Shown here piece after piece: positions 1 through 6,932 of a DNA stretch of 32,000 nt. The stretch's first letter is position 1. Each line of letters opens with the position of its first letter. The position numbers and the translations under genes were made by a program. Source of the stretch: Kineococcus radiotolerans SRS30216 = ATCC BAA-149 (GTDB lineage: Bacteria; Actinomycetota; Actinomycetes; Actinomycetales; Kineococcaceae); NCBI RefSeq assembly GCF_000017305.1, contig NC_009664.2, forward strand, positions 2,670,001-2,702,000, in the 5' to 3' direction. The notes under the pieces are model-generated. The model saw nothing but the letters and a program-made list of their open reading frames with translations. It did no database searches and was not told the DNA's origin.

Positions 1-158
1 GAGCGGGCGCGGTCGCCTTCCAGCAACGTCACCGACACCTCCTCCGCCCCCGGCACGCACTCCTGGGCGAGCTGGGCCACCCGGGCCAGGACCTGGCTGA
101 GGGGGGTCTCGCCCACGACGAGCGTGCTCAGCTCGGCGAACGCGTCCTGGGGGTCCAT
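1..158 (-). CDS. Partial CDS, N-terminus only (gene continues past the window start). GAF-domain-like N-terminus of the kind seen in actinobacterial GAF/ANTAR regulators.
   Basis: Reverse-strand ATG at 158. Translation: MDPQDAFAELSTLVVGETPLSQVLARVAQLAQECVPGAEEVSVTLLEGDRAR. Nearly every codon ends in G/C. Absent from the ORF track because it runs off the window edge. Family call is from sequence resemblance only. Confidence 0.5.
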   Translation of the reverse strand, partial: MDPQDAFAELSTLVVGETPLSQVLARVAQLAQECVPGAEEVSVTLLEGDRAR

Positions 159-210
159 CAGCTCCCCCGCCGGCGGTGGGGTCGCCACAGCCGGTTCGAC
201 CGGTTCGGGC

Positions 211-270
211 GGGGACGCGGGGGTCGGGGACGCGGGATCTGGGGACACGGGATCTGGGGACACTGGAGCT
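211..270. repeat. Four tandem 15-bp units: GGGGACGCGGGGGTC, GGGGACGCGGGATCT, GGGGACACGGGATCT, GGGGACACTGGAGCT. Preceded by a CCGGTTCG duplication at 191..208.
   Basis: Read directly. The GGGGAC(G/A)C cores start at 211, 226, 241 and 256, an exact 15-bp phase. The array is intergenic, 53 to 112 nt upstream of the ATG at 158 on the minus strand. Confidence 0.8.
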
Positions 271-306
271 CCTCCACACGGGGCGCGGAGCTCGACGCCC
301 CGCAAC

Positions 307-339
307 GGTTCCCGCCGCTGCAGAAGCGGTGACGGAACC
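307..339 (-). terminator. Candidate stem-loop downstream of the C-N hydrolase gene. No U-tract.
   Basis: GGTTCC (307..312) pairs with GGAACC (334..339). Inner CCGCT (315..319) pairs with AGCGG (325..329), with a 5-nt loop. It lies about 90 nt after the stop at 427 on the minus strand. Confidence 0.25.
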
Positions 340-426
340 TGCGAGAGCTGTGGGTCCAACCCGGGCCGCGACGCTCTCCCCCCTGGCCGGGGGGACGGAG
401 CGCGGCAGTGGCGCAGTGGTCCCAGC

Positions 427-1242
427 CTACGCGTGTTCGGCGGTTCCGGGGGTCCGGAAGGAGCGGCGGTTCTCCAGGACGGGCAGCGCGGCCCGGGCGC
501 GGGCCACCCGCTCCAGGTCCAGGTCGACGACGAGGTGCCCGCGCTCGGCGCCCAGGGCGGCGACGACGTCGCCGAGGGGGCCGACGACCCGGCTGTGCCC
601 GACGCCCAGCGGGGCGGTCGACCCGCCGGCGAGCTCGCCCGGGTCGGCCTGGCCGCAGGCCACGACGAACGAGGTGCAGTCCAGGGCCCGCGCCCGCGCC
701 AGCAGCTCCCACTGCTCGACCTTGCCCGGTCCCGCCCCCCAGGAGGCGGCCACCACGACGACCTGCGCCCCCCGGTCGGCGAGGGCGGTGAACAGGTCGG
801 GGAACCGCAGGTCGTAGCAGGTCGCGAACCCCACCCCGACGCCGTCGACGTCGACGACCACCGGGTCCGTCCCGGGTTCGACGCTCTCGGACTCGACGAA
901 GTCGAACGCGTCGTAGAGGTGGATCTTGTCGTAGTCGGCGTGCACCCCGGCGCCGCGCACCAGCAGGGTGTTGCGCACCCGGTCCCCGCCGCCGGGGGAG
1001 AACGCCCCGGCGACGACGGTGATCCCCGCCGCGTCGGCCAGCGCCGCCAGCTCCCCGGCCCAGGGCCCGTCGACGGGTTCGGCGACCGGGCCCAGCGGCA
1101 CCCCGAAGCGGCACATCGTGGCCTCGGGCAGGACGAGGAGGCGGGCCCCCCGCCCGGCGGCGCGGGCGACCTCCTCCGCAACGAGGTCGAGGTTGGCGGC
1201 GGGGTCGTCGGTGCTGTTGATCTGGGCCAGGGCGATGCGCAC
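427..1242 (-). CDS. Carbon-nitrogen hydrolase (nitrilase superfamily) amidase/hydrolase.
   Basis: Glu-Lys-Cys triad contexts are present: LVLPEATM, YDKIHLYD, FATCYDLRFP. GTG at 1242 is preceded by GAGGAG 5 nt upstream. The longer track ORF start at 1287 has poorer third-position GC. Confidence 0.85.
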   Translation of the reverse strand: MRIALAQINSTDDPAANLDLVAEEVARAAGRGARLLVLPEATMCRFGVPLGPVAEPVDGPWAGELAALADAAGITVVAGAFSPGGGDRVRNTLLVRGAGVHADYDKIHLYDAFDFVESESVEPGTDPVVVDVDGVGVGFATCYDLRFPDLFTALADRGAQVVVVAASWGAGPGKVEQWELLARARALDCTSFVVACGQADPGELAGGSTAPLGVGHSRVVGPLGDVVAALGAERGHLVVDLDLERVARARAALPVLENRRSFRTPGTAEHA

Positions 1243-1279
1243 GGGGGCTCCTCGGTCGTGCTCGGCGGGTGGTCCGGTG

Positions 1280-1287
1280 GTGTACAC
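1280..1287. promoter_or_regulatory. Perfect palindrome GTGTACAC in the very short divergent region between the hydrolase and GntR genes. Candidate GntR operator.
   Basis: GTGTACAC is its own reverse complement and fits the GT-N-TA-N-AC / GT..AC style cores described for GntR-family operators. It lies 8-15 nt upstream of the called GntR start at 1295 and overlaps the alternative GTG candidates at 1277 and 1280. Confidence 0.4.
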
Positions 1288-1294
1288 ATGTCGT

Positions 1295-1942
1295 GTGCCA
1301 GGACGGTCGACAGGTCGGGAACGGGCTTACCAGTACCTCCGCGACGAGGTGCTCGTGGACCCCTCCGTCCAGGGCACCTTCCTCAACGAGCTGGATCTCG
1401 CGACGCGGGTCGGCGTCTCCCGGACCCCGGTGCGCGAGGCGCTGCTGCTGCTGGTCTCGGAGGGCCTGGTGGAACTGGTGCCCCAGCGGGGAGCCTACGT
1501 CCCGGTGCTCACCGGGCGGCAGGTCAGCGAGCTCATGGACCTGCGCGGCGCGTTGGAGCGGCACGCCGCCACCCGGACGGTGGCGGCGGGGACCGTCCCG
1601 TTCGCGGCCCTGGAGGAGGCGCTGGACCAGCAGCGCCTCCTCCTGGGCGGCGGGGGCGGAACGGATGCCGCCCGCCGGTTCATCGAGTGGGACCGGGTGT
1701 TCCACTCGGTTCTCGTCGACGCCGTCGGCAACGGGTTGCTGTCCTCCACCTACGCGAACCTGCGGGTGCGGCAGGTGCGCATCGGCGTTCAGGCCCTGTA
1801 CTCCGCCGCCGGCCGTCAGGAGACGGTGTGCGAGGAGCACCGGCGCATCGTCGACGCGCTGGCCGCCGGGGACGTGGCCGAGGCGCACGCGGCGATCGAC
1901 GAGCACCTGCAGGTCACGCTGCGCGTCCTGCTGGCCGCTTAG
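1295..1942 (+). CDS. GntR-family transcriptional regulator, FadR subfamily (winged HTH plus FCD domain).
   Basis: ERAYQYLRDEVL...LNELDLATRVGVSRTPVREALLLLVSEGLVELVPQRGAYV is a GntR HTH. The C-terminal helical region ends ...EEHRRIVDALAAGDVAEAHAAIDEHL, typical of FCD domains. In-frame GTG candidates at 1277, 1280 and 1295, so the start is uncertain. The 3' end overlaps the convergent MFS gene by 29 nt. Confidence 0.85.
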   Translation: MPGRSTGRERAYQYLRDEVLVDPSVQGTFLNELDLATRVGVSRTPVREALLLLVSEGLVELVPQRGAYVPVLTGRQVSELMDLRGALERHAATRTVAAGTVPFAALEEALDQQRLLLGGGGGTDAARRFIEWDRVFHSVLVDAVGNGLLSSTYANLRVRQVRIGVQALYSAAGRQETVCEEHRRIVDALAAGDVAEAHAAIDEHLQVTLRVLLAA

Positions 1943-3260
1943 CCGCGTTCTCCGCCAGCAGCGCGTCGTCCTCGGCGGGGTCGGGGTCGCGCCCGAGGGC
2001 GAGCCCGACGAGCGTCACGACCGCGGCCACGGCGATGTAGACGGCGATGGCGGTCCCGCTCCCGGTCGCGTCGAGCAGGGCGGTGAACGCCAGCGGCGCG
2101 AGCGCCCCGCCGAAGATCCCGGCGATCGTGTAGGCCAGCGAGGAGCCCGTGTAGCGCAGCCGGGGCGAGAACTGCTCGGTCACGAACGCGGCCTGGGGCC
2201 CGTACATGCAGGCGTGGATGGCCAGGCCGACGACGACGCCGACCGTCAGCGCCACGTGGGAACCGCCGTCGACGAGGGCGAAGAACGCGAACGGCCACAC
2301 GATCGCGCACACCGCGCCGATCGCGTACAGCAGGCGCCGGTTGACCCGGTCGGACACCGCGCCGGCCAGCGGCATGAGGAACAGCTGGCAGGCGGACCCG
2401 ACGAGGACGGCGGCCAGGACCTGACCGCGGGAGAACCCGACGACGGTGGTGCCGTAGGTCAGGACGAACACCGTGAACATGGCGTAGAGGACGTCCGGGC
2501 CGACGCGGGAGCAGATGGCGGCGACCAGCCCGCGCGGGGACGTCCGGAACACCTCGCGCACCGGGGCCGAGGGGGCGTCGCCGCGTTCGGCGATGGCCTG
2601 GAACACGGGGGTGTCCTCCAGCTTGAGCCGGATCCACAACCCGAAGGCGACGAGCAGTGCGGAGAGCAGGAACGCGATGCGCCAGCCGCCGCCCTCGAAC
2701 GTCTCCTCGCTCATCGTCACGGTGAGCAGGCCCAGGACGCCGTTGGCGAGCAGGTTGCCCGCCGGCGGCCCGACCTGGGCGGCGGAGGAGTAGAACCCGC
2801 GGCGGCGGGGGTCACCGAACTCGGCGGAGAGCAGGACGGCCCCGCCCCACTCGCCCCCGACCCCGACGCCCTGGGCGAAGCGCATGAGCACCAGCAGGAC
2901 CGGGGCGGCGACGCCGATGGTGGCGTAGGTGGGCAGCAGGCCGATGACGAAGGTCGCGATCCCGATGAGCAGCAGCGTCGCGACGAGGACCTTCTTCCGT
3001 CCGATCACGTCGCCCAGCCGCCCGAACAGGATCCCGCCCAGCGGGCGGGCGACGTAGCCGACGGCGTAGGTCGAGAACGCCAGCAGCGTCCCGGTCAGCG
3101 GGTCGGAGGAGGGGAAGAAGAGCTGCGGGAGGACGAGGGCCGAGGCGCTGGAGTAGACGGCGAAGTCGTACCACTCCAGCGAGGTCCCGGTGAGGCTGGC
3201 GGCGTAGGCCTTGCGGACCGAGGCGCGGGACACGCCCGTCGCCGGTGCTGCGGCGTCCAT
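1914..3260 (-). CDS. MFS transporter, metabolite:H+ symporter (MHS) type.
   Basis: GTSLEWYDFAVYS and GRLGDVIGRKK motifs, with about 12 hydrophobic segments. ATG at 3260 is preceded by GAGAGGAA. The longer ORF-track N-terminus (to 3533) is R/S/T-rich and unlike a protein. Confidence 0.9.
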   Translation of the reverse strand: MDAAAPATGVSRASVRKAYAASLTGTSLEWYDFAVYSSASALVLPQLFFPSSDPLTGTLLAFSTYAVGYVARPLGGILFGRLGDVIGRKKVLVATLLLIGIATFVIGLLPTYATIGVAAPVLLVLMRFAQGVGVGGEWGGAVLLSAEFGDPRRRGFYSSAAQVGPPAGNLLANGVLGLLTVTMSEETFEGGGWRIAFLLSALLVAFGLWIRLKLEDTPVFQAIAERGDAPSAPVREVFRTSPRGLVAAICSRVGPDVLYAMFTVFVLTYGTTVVGFSRGQVLAAVLVGSACQLFLMPLAGAVSDRVNRRLLYAIGAVCAIVWPFAFFALVDGGSHVALTVGVVVGLAIHACMYGPQAAFVTEQFSPRLRYTGSSLAYTIAGIFGGALAPLAFTALLDATGSGTAIAVYIAVAAVVTLVGLALGRDPDPAEDDALLAENAAKRPAGRAA

Positions 3261-3319
3261 GGTGTTCCTCTCGTGCGTCGTGCGGGACCGGACGGGATGT
3301 CCCGACGGTAGTGCATGCG

Positions 3320-3352
3320 AGGTGTATGCAACAGGTGTTAGCGTCGACACCT
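3320..3352. promoter_or_regulatory. Cluster of AGGTGT half-sites in the MFS/DUF2848 divergent intergenic region.
   Basis: AGGTGT at 3320..3325 and 3333..3338, and inverted ACACCT at 3347..3352. The last two form a 6-bp inverted repeat with an 8-nt spacer. A TGCAT/ATGCA inverted repeat lies at 3312..3330. This is the locally most AT-rich stretch between the two start codons. Confidence 0.4.
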
Positions 3353-3375
3353 CCGACGAAGCGACAGGAGCACCC

Positions 3376-4116
3376 GTGTCCGTCCCCACCACCGTCCCCC
3401 GCGCCGCCGTCCCCGCCCACCTCGGCCACCTCGACCTCGAACTGCCCGACGGCGAGGTCCGCTCCGTCACCGTCGCGCGCCTGCTCAACGCCGGGTACGC
3501 CGGACGGGACCAGGCCGAGGTCGCCCGGCACATCGCCGAGCTCGCCGAGCTGGGGGTACCGGCCCCCGCGACGACGCCCGCCCTCTACCCCGTGTCCCCC
3601 TACCTCGCCGCGCAGGCCGACGTCGTCCCCGTGCAGCACGAGCGCACCTCCGGCGAGGCCGAGTGGGCGCTGGTCGTGTCCGGGCCCGACCCCGAGGACG
3701 TGCTGCTGACCGTCGCCTGCGACCACACCGACCGCGCCCTGGAGGTTCACGGGGTCGCGTGGAGCAAGAACGCGAGCCTCGACGTCCTCGGGCGACGGGC
3801 CTGGCGGCTCGTCGACGTCGAGGACCACCTGGACCAGCTGCGCCTGCGGGCCTGGGTCCACGCCGGCGACGGCCCCGGGACCCTCGTCCAGGACGCCCCC
3901 CTCGCCGCGCTGCTGCCCCCCTCGTACTGGCTGGACGCGCTGCGCGCGCGCGGTCTCGCGACCCCGGGGACGGTGCTGCTCAGCGGGACGGTCGCCATGG
4001 TCCCGGGGGTGGACCAGTTCGCCCGCCGCTGGAGCGTCCGGCTGGAGGACCCGGTGCGCGGGGACGCCCTCGAGCTCGGCTACCGCGTCGACGTCCTGCC
4101 CGCGGCCGTGGGCTGA
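3376..4116 (+). CDS. Conserved protein of unknown function, DUF2848-like.
   Basis: GTG at 3376 is preceded by ACAGGAG 5 nt upstream. Strong GC3. Sequence such as LLNAGYAGRDQAEVARHIAELAELGVPAP resembles the DUF2848 family as I recall it. Family assignment is unverified. Confidence 0.7.
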   Translation: MSVPTTVPRAAVPAHLGHLDLELPDGEVRSVTVARLLNAGYAGRDQAEVARHIAELAELGVPAPATTPALYPVSPYLAAQADVVPVQHERTSGEAEWALVVSGPDPEDVLLTVACDHTDRALEVHGVAWSKNASLDVLGRRAWRLVDVEDHLDQLRLRAWVHAGDGPGTLVQDAPLAALLPPSYWLDALRARGLATPGTVLLSGTVAMVPGVDQFARRWSVRLEDPVRGDALELGYRVDVLPAAVG

Positions 4117-4123
4117 GGCGGCG

Positions 4124-4498
4124 GTGGGCACCGGGCGGGCGCGACCCGCGCAGGAGTTCGCCGAACCCGCCGGGCCGTGGGTCCCGGCCCCCGCCCCCGC
4201 GCGCGGGGTGTGGAACCGGGTGCTCGGCGGGGAGGGCGACGACGCGGCGCTGCTGCAGCGCTACGAGCCCGGCGGGACCAGCGGGACGGAGGTGCTGCGG
4301 CACGAGCACTGGGAGGAGGTCTACGTCCTCTCCGGTGCGCTCACCGACCTCACCAGCGGGGTGGTCGCGACGGCCGGCACGTACGCGTTCCGCCCGCCGG
4401 GCATGCCGCACGGCCCGTACCGCAGCGAGGGCGGGTGGGAGGCGCTCGTCACCACCTGCCCGGCTGCCGCCACCACCCGCCCGGCTGCCGCCGACTGA
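4124..4498 (+). CDS. Small cupin-domain protein.
   Basis: HEHWEEVYVLSGAL...GTYAFRPPGMPHGP matches the two-motif cupin pattern (H-x-H...E, then P-x-G-x-x-H). GTG lies 7 nt after the upstream stop, with GAGG upstream. Strong GC3. Confidence 0.7.
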   Translation: MGTGRARPAQEFAEPAGPWVPAPAPARGVWNRVLGGEGDDAALLQRYEPGGTSGTEVLRHEHWEEVYVLSGALTDLTSGVVATAGTYAFRPPGMPHGPYRSEGGWEALVTTCPAAATTRPAAAD

Positions 4499-4543
4499 GG
4501 CCGGGCGTCGGCGACCGCTCCCGCCAGCGGGGATGATGGGGGG

Positions 4544-6178
4544 GTGAGCACCGCCGAGACCGAGACGCTGGAGACGACCGCCGAGGTCGCGCGAGCCACG
4601 GCCGCGCAGGTCCTGGCCGAGGCCTCCCGCCGCCGCACCATCGCCGTCATCAGCCACCCCGACGCCGGCAAGTCCACGCTGACCGAGGCGCTGGCCCTGC
4701 ACGCCAACGCCATCCGCGAGGCCGGGCACGTCCACGGCAAGGCGGGCCGGGCCGGGGTCGCCACCGACTGGCAGGACATGGAGAAGCAGCGCGGCATCTC
4801 GATCAGCTCCGCGGTGCTGCAGCTGGACCACCGCGGGATGGTCGTCAACGTCGTCGACACCCCCGGTCACGCCGACTTCTCCGAGGACACCTACCGCGCC
4901 CTCACCGCCGTCGACGCGGTGATCATGCTGGTGGACGCGGCCCGCGGCATGGAGGTCCAGACCCGCAAGCTCTTCGGCGTCTGCAAGCAGCGCGGCCTGC
5001 CCGTGATCACCGTCGTCAACAAGTGGGACCGCCCCGGGCAGGAGGCGCTCGCCCTGCTCGACGAGATCGAGTCGGTGACCGGCCTCAAGCCCACGCCGAT
5101 CACCTGGCCCGTCGGGATCGCCGGCGACTTCCGGGGCCTGCTGGAGCGCGGCAGCGGCGAGTACGTGAAGTACACCAAGGCCCCCGGCGGCGCGACGCGC
5201 GCCCTGGAGCAGCGGATGAGCGCCGCGGACGCCGCGGCCCTGGAGGGCCCGTCGTGGCAGCAGGCCCTGGAGGAGCACGAGCTGCTCTCCGAGACCGGCG
5301 CCGACCACGACGAGGAGGAGTTCCTCGCCTTCCGCACGACCCCCGTCTACTTCACCGCCGCCGTGGCGAACACCGGCGTGGGGCAGGTCCTCGACGCCCT
5401 CGTCGACGTCGCGCCCTCCCCCCACGACCAGCGCGACGTCGCGGGCGCGACCCACACCCTCGCCGAGGGCTTCAGCGCGCAGGTGTTCAAGACCCAGACG
5501 GGGATGAACCCCGCCCACCGCGACCGCCTCGCCTTCGCGCGGATCCACTCCGGGGTGTTCCACCGCGGCATGACCGTCCGCGACGACCGCAGCGGGCGGC
5601 CCATGGTGCTCAAGCACGTCCAGACCGTCTTCGGCGCCGACCGCTCCACCGTCGACGTGGCCTGGCCCGGCGACGTCATCGGCCTCGTCAACGCCCGCCA
5701 CGTCGTCGTCGGCGACACGCTCTCCGAGAACGGGCGGATCTCCTACCCGCCGCTGCCGGTGTTCGCCCCGGAGCACTTCCGCACCGTGCGCCCCGCCGAC
5801 CTGCGCGTCGGCAAGCAGTTCCGCCAGGGGCTGCGCGAACTGGACGCCGAGGGCGTGGTGCGCGTCCTGACCTCCGACTCCCGCGGCGACGGCGAGCCCG
5901 TCGTGAGCGCGGTCGGCGCGCTGCAGTTCGACGTCGTCCAGTACCGGATGACCCACGAGTTCCGCTCGCCGGTGCTGTTCACCGAACTGCCCTACACGAC
6001 GGCCCGGATCATCGACGCCGCTGACGCCCCGCTGCTGCGGGCCCACCGCGGCACCGAGGTCGTCCACCACACCGACGGGCGCACCTTCGCCCTCTTCACC
6101 GACGAGTGGCGCGTCCGCAGCTTCGAGCGCGACAACCCCGGCGTCCGGCTCGAGGAGCTCGTCGCGACGAGCTCCTGA
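4544..6178 (+). CDS. prfC: Peptide chain release factor 3 (translational GTPase).
   Basis: G motifs SHPDAGKST, DTPGHADF and NKWD. Full-length (543 aa) similarity to the RF3 architecture. Confidence 0.95.
   Translation: MSTAETETLETTAEVARATAAQVLAEASRRRTIAVISHPDAGKSTLTEALALHANAIREAGHVHGKAGRAGVATDWQDMEKQRGISISSAVLQLDHRGMVVNVVDTPGHADFSEDTYRALTAVDAVIMLVDAARGMEVQTRKLFGVCKQRGLPVITVVNKWDRPGQEALALLDEIESVTGLKPTPITWPVGIAGDFRGLLERGSGEYVKYTKAPGGATRALEQRMSAADAAALEGPSWQQALEEHELLSETGADHDEEEFLAFRTTPVYFTAAVANTGVGQVLDALVDVAPSPHDQRDVAGATHTLAEGFSAQVFKTQTGMNPAHRDRLAFARIHSGVFHRGMTVRDDRSGRPMVLKHVQTVFGADRSTVDVAWPGDVIGLVNARHVVVGDTLSENGRISYPPLPVFAPEHFRTVRPADLRVGKQFRQGLRELDAEGVVRVLTSDSRGDGEPVVSAVGALQFDVVQYRMTHEFRSPVLFTELPYTTARIIDAADAPLLRAHRGTEVVHHTDGRTFALFTDEWRVRSFERDNPGVRLEELVATSS
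6153..6176. terminator. 24-bp perfect palindrome AGGAGCTCGTCGCGACGAGCTCCT at the prfC 3' end. Candidate bidirectional terminator for the convergent prfC and HAD-operon transcripts.
   Basis: Checked base by base as self-complementary. It encodes the last residues EELVATSS and reaches the first base of the TGA stop. The convergent HAD gene stops at 6195. There is no U-tract. Confidence 0.4.
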
Positions 6179-6194
6179 CGAGCCGGACGGGACC

Positions 6195-6932
6195 TCAGCC
6201 CAGCAGGTCCGCGATCTCCGCCCAGGACGACACCACGACGACGACCCCGGCCTCCCGCAGCGCCTCGCGGCGGGCGTCGCGCTCGGCCTCGGCGACGAAC
6301 TGCACCGTCCCGATCGTGGGGAACCCGGCGGCGACCGCGGACAGGGCGCCGTTGAGGGAGTCCTCGACCGCCACGGCCTCGTCGGGGGTGACCCCGAGCT
6401 CCTTCCCGGCGAACGCGTAGACCGCCGGGTCCGGCTTGCTCGTGGGCACGTCGAGGGAGTCCTCGGCGCTGAAGCGGCGGGCGGGGTCGAACAGCTCCGC
6501 GAGGTCGGTCACGTCCAGGCAGGCCCCCAGGCGCGAGGTCGCGCTGGAGGTCACCGCCGCCAGCGAGAACCGCCGGGACAGCGCCACCAGGGGGTCGCGG
6601 ACGGCGGGGTCCGGGCGCAGGACCGTGCGCAGGTGCGCGGTCACGACGTCCTTCTCCTCCTCGACCCAGGCGTCCAGGTCCGCGGCGCCCAGGTCGCGGC
6701 CGTAGCCGCGGGCCAGCTCCTGCGCCGCGGCCCGGAAGTTCTTCCCGTTGGTCATGCCCTGCAGCTCCTGGGGGCTGAAGGGCCGTTCGGCCCCCAGCTC
6801 GGCCAGGAACCGGTTCGTGACGTCCGCGGACGCCGCGTAGGCCGGTTCCTCCGAGGGGAACATCGTGCCGTCGGCGTCGCAGAGCAGGGTCGTGATCCGC
6901 GCGGGTTCCAGCGGGACGGGGCGGGTGCTCAC
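6195..6932 (-). CDS. HAD-superfamily hydrolase (beta-phosphoglucomutase-like sugar-phosphate phosphatase subfamily).
   Basis: HAD motifs: I LLCDADGTM, II AAVTSS, III SKPDP, IV VEDSLNG. GTG at 6932 overlaps the upstream stop (GTGA). Confidence 0.85.
   Translation of the reverse strand: MSTRPVPLEPARITTLLCDADGTMFPSEEPAYAASADVTNRFLAELGAERPFSPQELQGMTNGKNFRAAAQELARGYGRDLGAADLDAWVEEEKDVVTAHLRTVLRPDPAVRDPLVALSRRFSLAAVTSSATSRLGACLDVTDLAELFDPARRFSAEDSLDVPTSKPDPAVYAFAGKELGVTPDEAVAVEDSLNGALSAVAAGFPTIGTVQFVAEAERDARREALREAGVVVVVSSWAEIADLLG

Noticed and set aside
124-3311. Very long ORFs in the track (124..2040 +, 158..1906 -, 1269..3311 +) that overlap the hydrolase, GntR and MFS genes.
   Set aside because: Their translations are Arg/Gly/Pro/Ala-rich low-complexity strings with no motifs. 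They lie antisense or off-frame to genes with clear family signatures. These are typical shadow ORFs of very GC-rich DNA.
4458-4492. 14-nt direct repeat GCCCGGCTGCCGCC at a 21-nt period in the cupin gene tail (PAAATTR-PAAAD).
   Set aside because: An in-frame duplication of a disordered Ala/Pro/Thr C-terminal tail. Probably a neutral slippage event with no functional implication visible from the sequence.
3980-6070. 696-aa minus-strand ORF antisense to prfC. Similar large shadow ORFs occur at 7043..8827 +, 9555..11069 +, 16280..18151 +, 17934..19130 +, 20191..22755 + and 25361..26992 -.
   Set aside because: Each is antisense to a gene with strong motif support. The composition (G/R/P/D/V runs, many HRR/GGG tracts) is not protein-like, and there are no recognisable domains.
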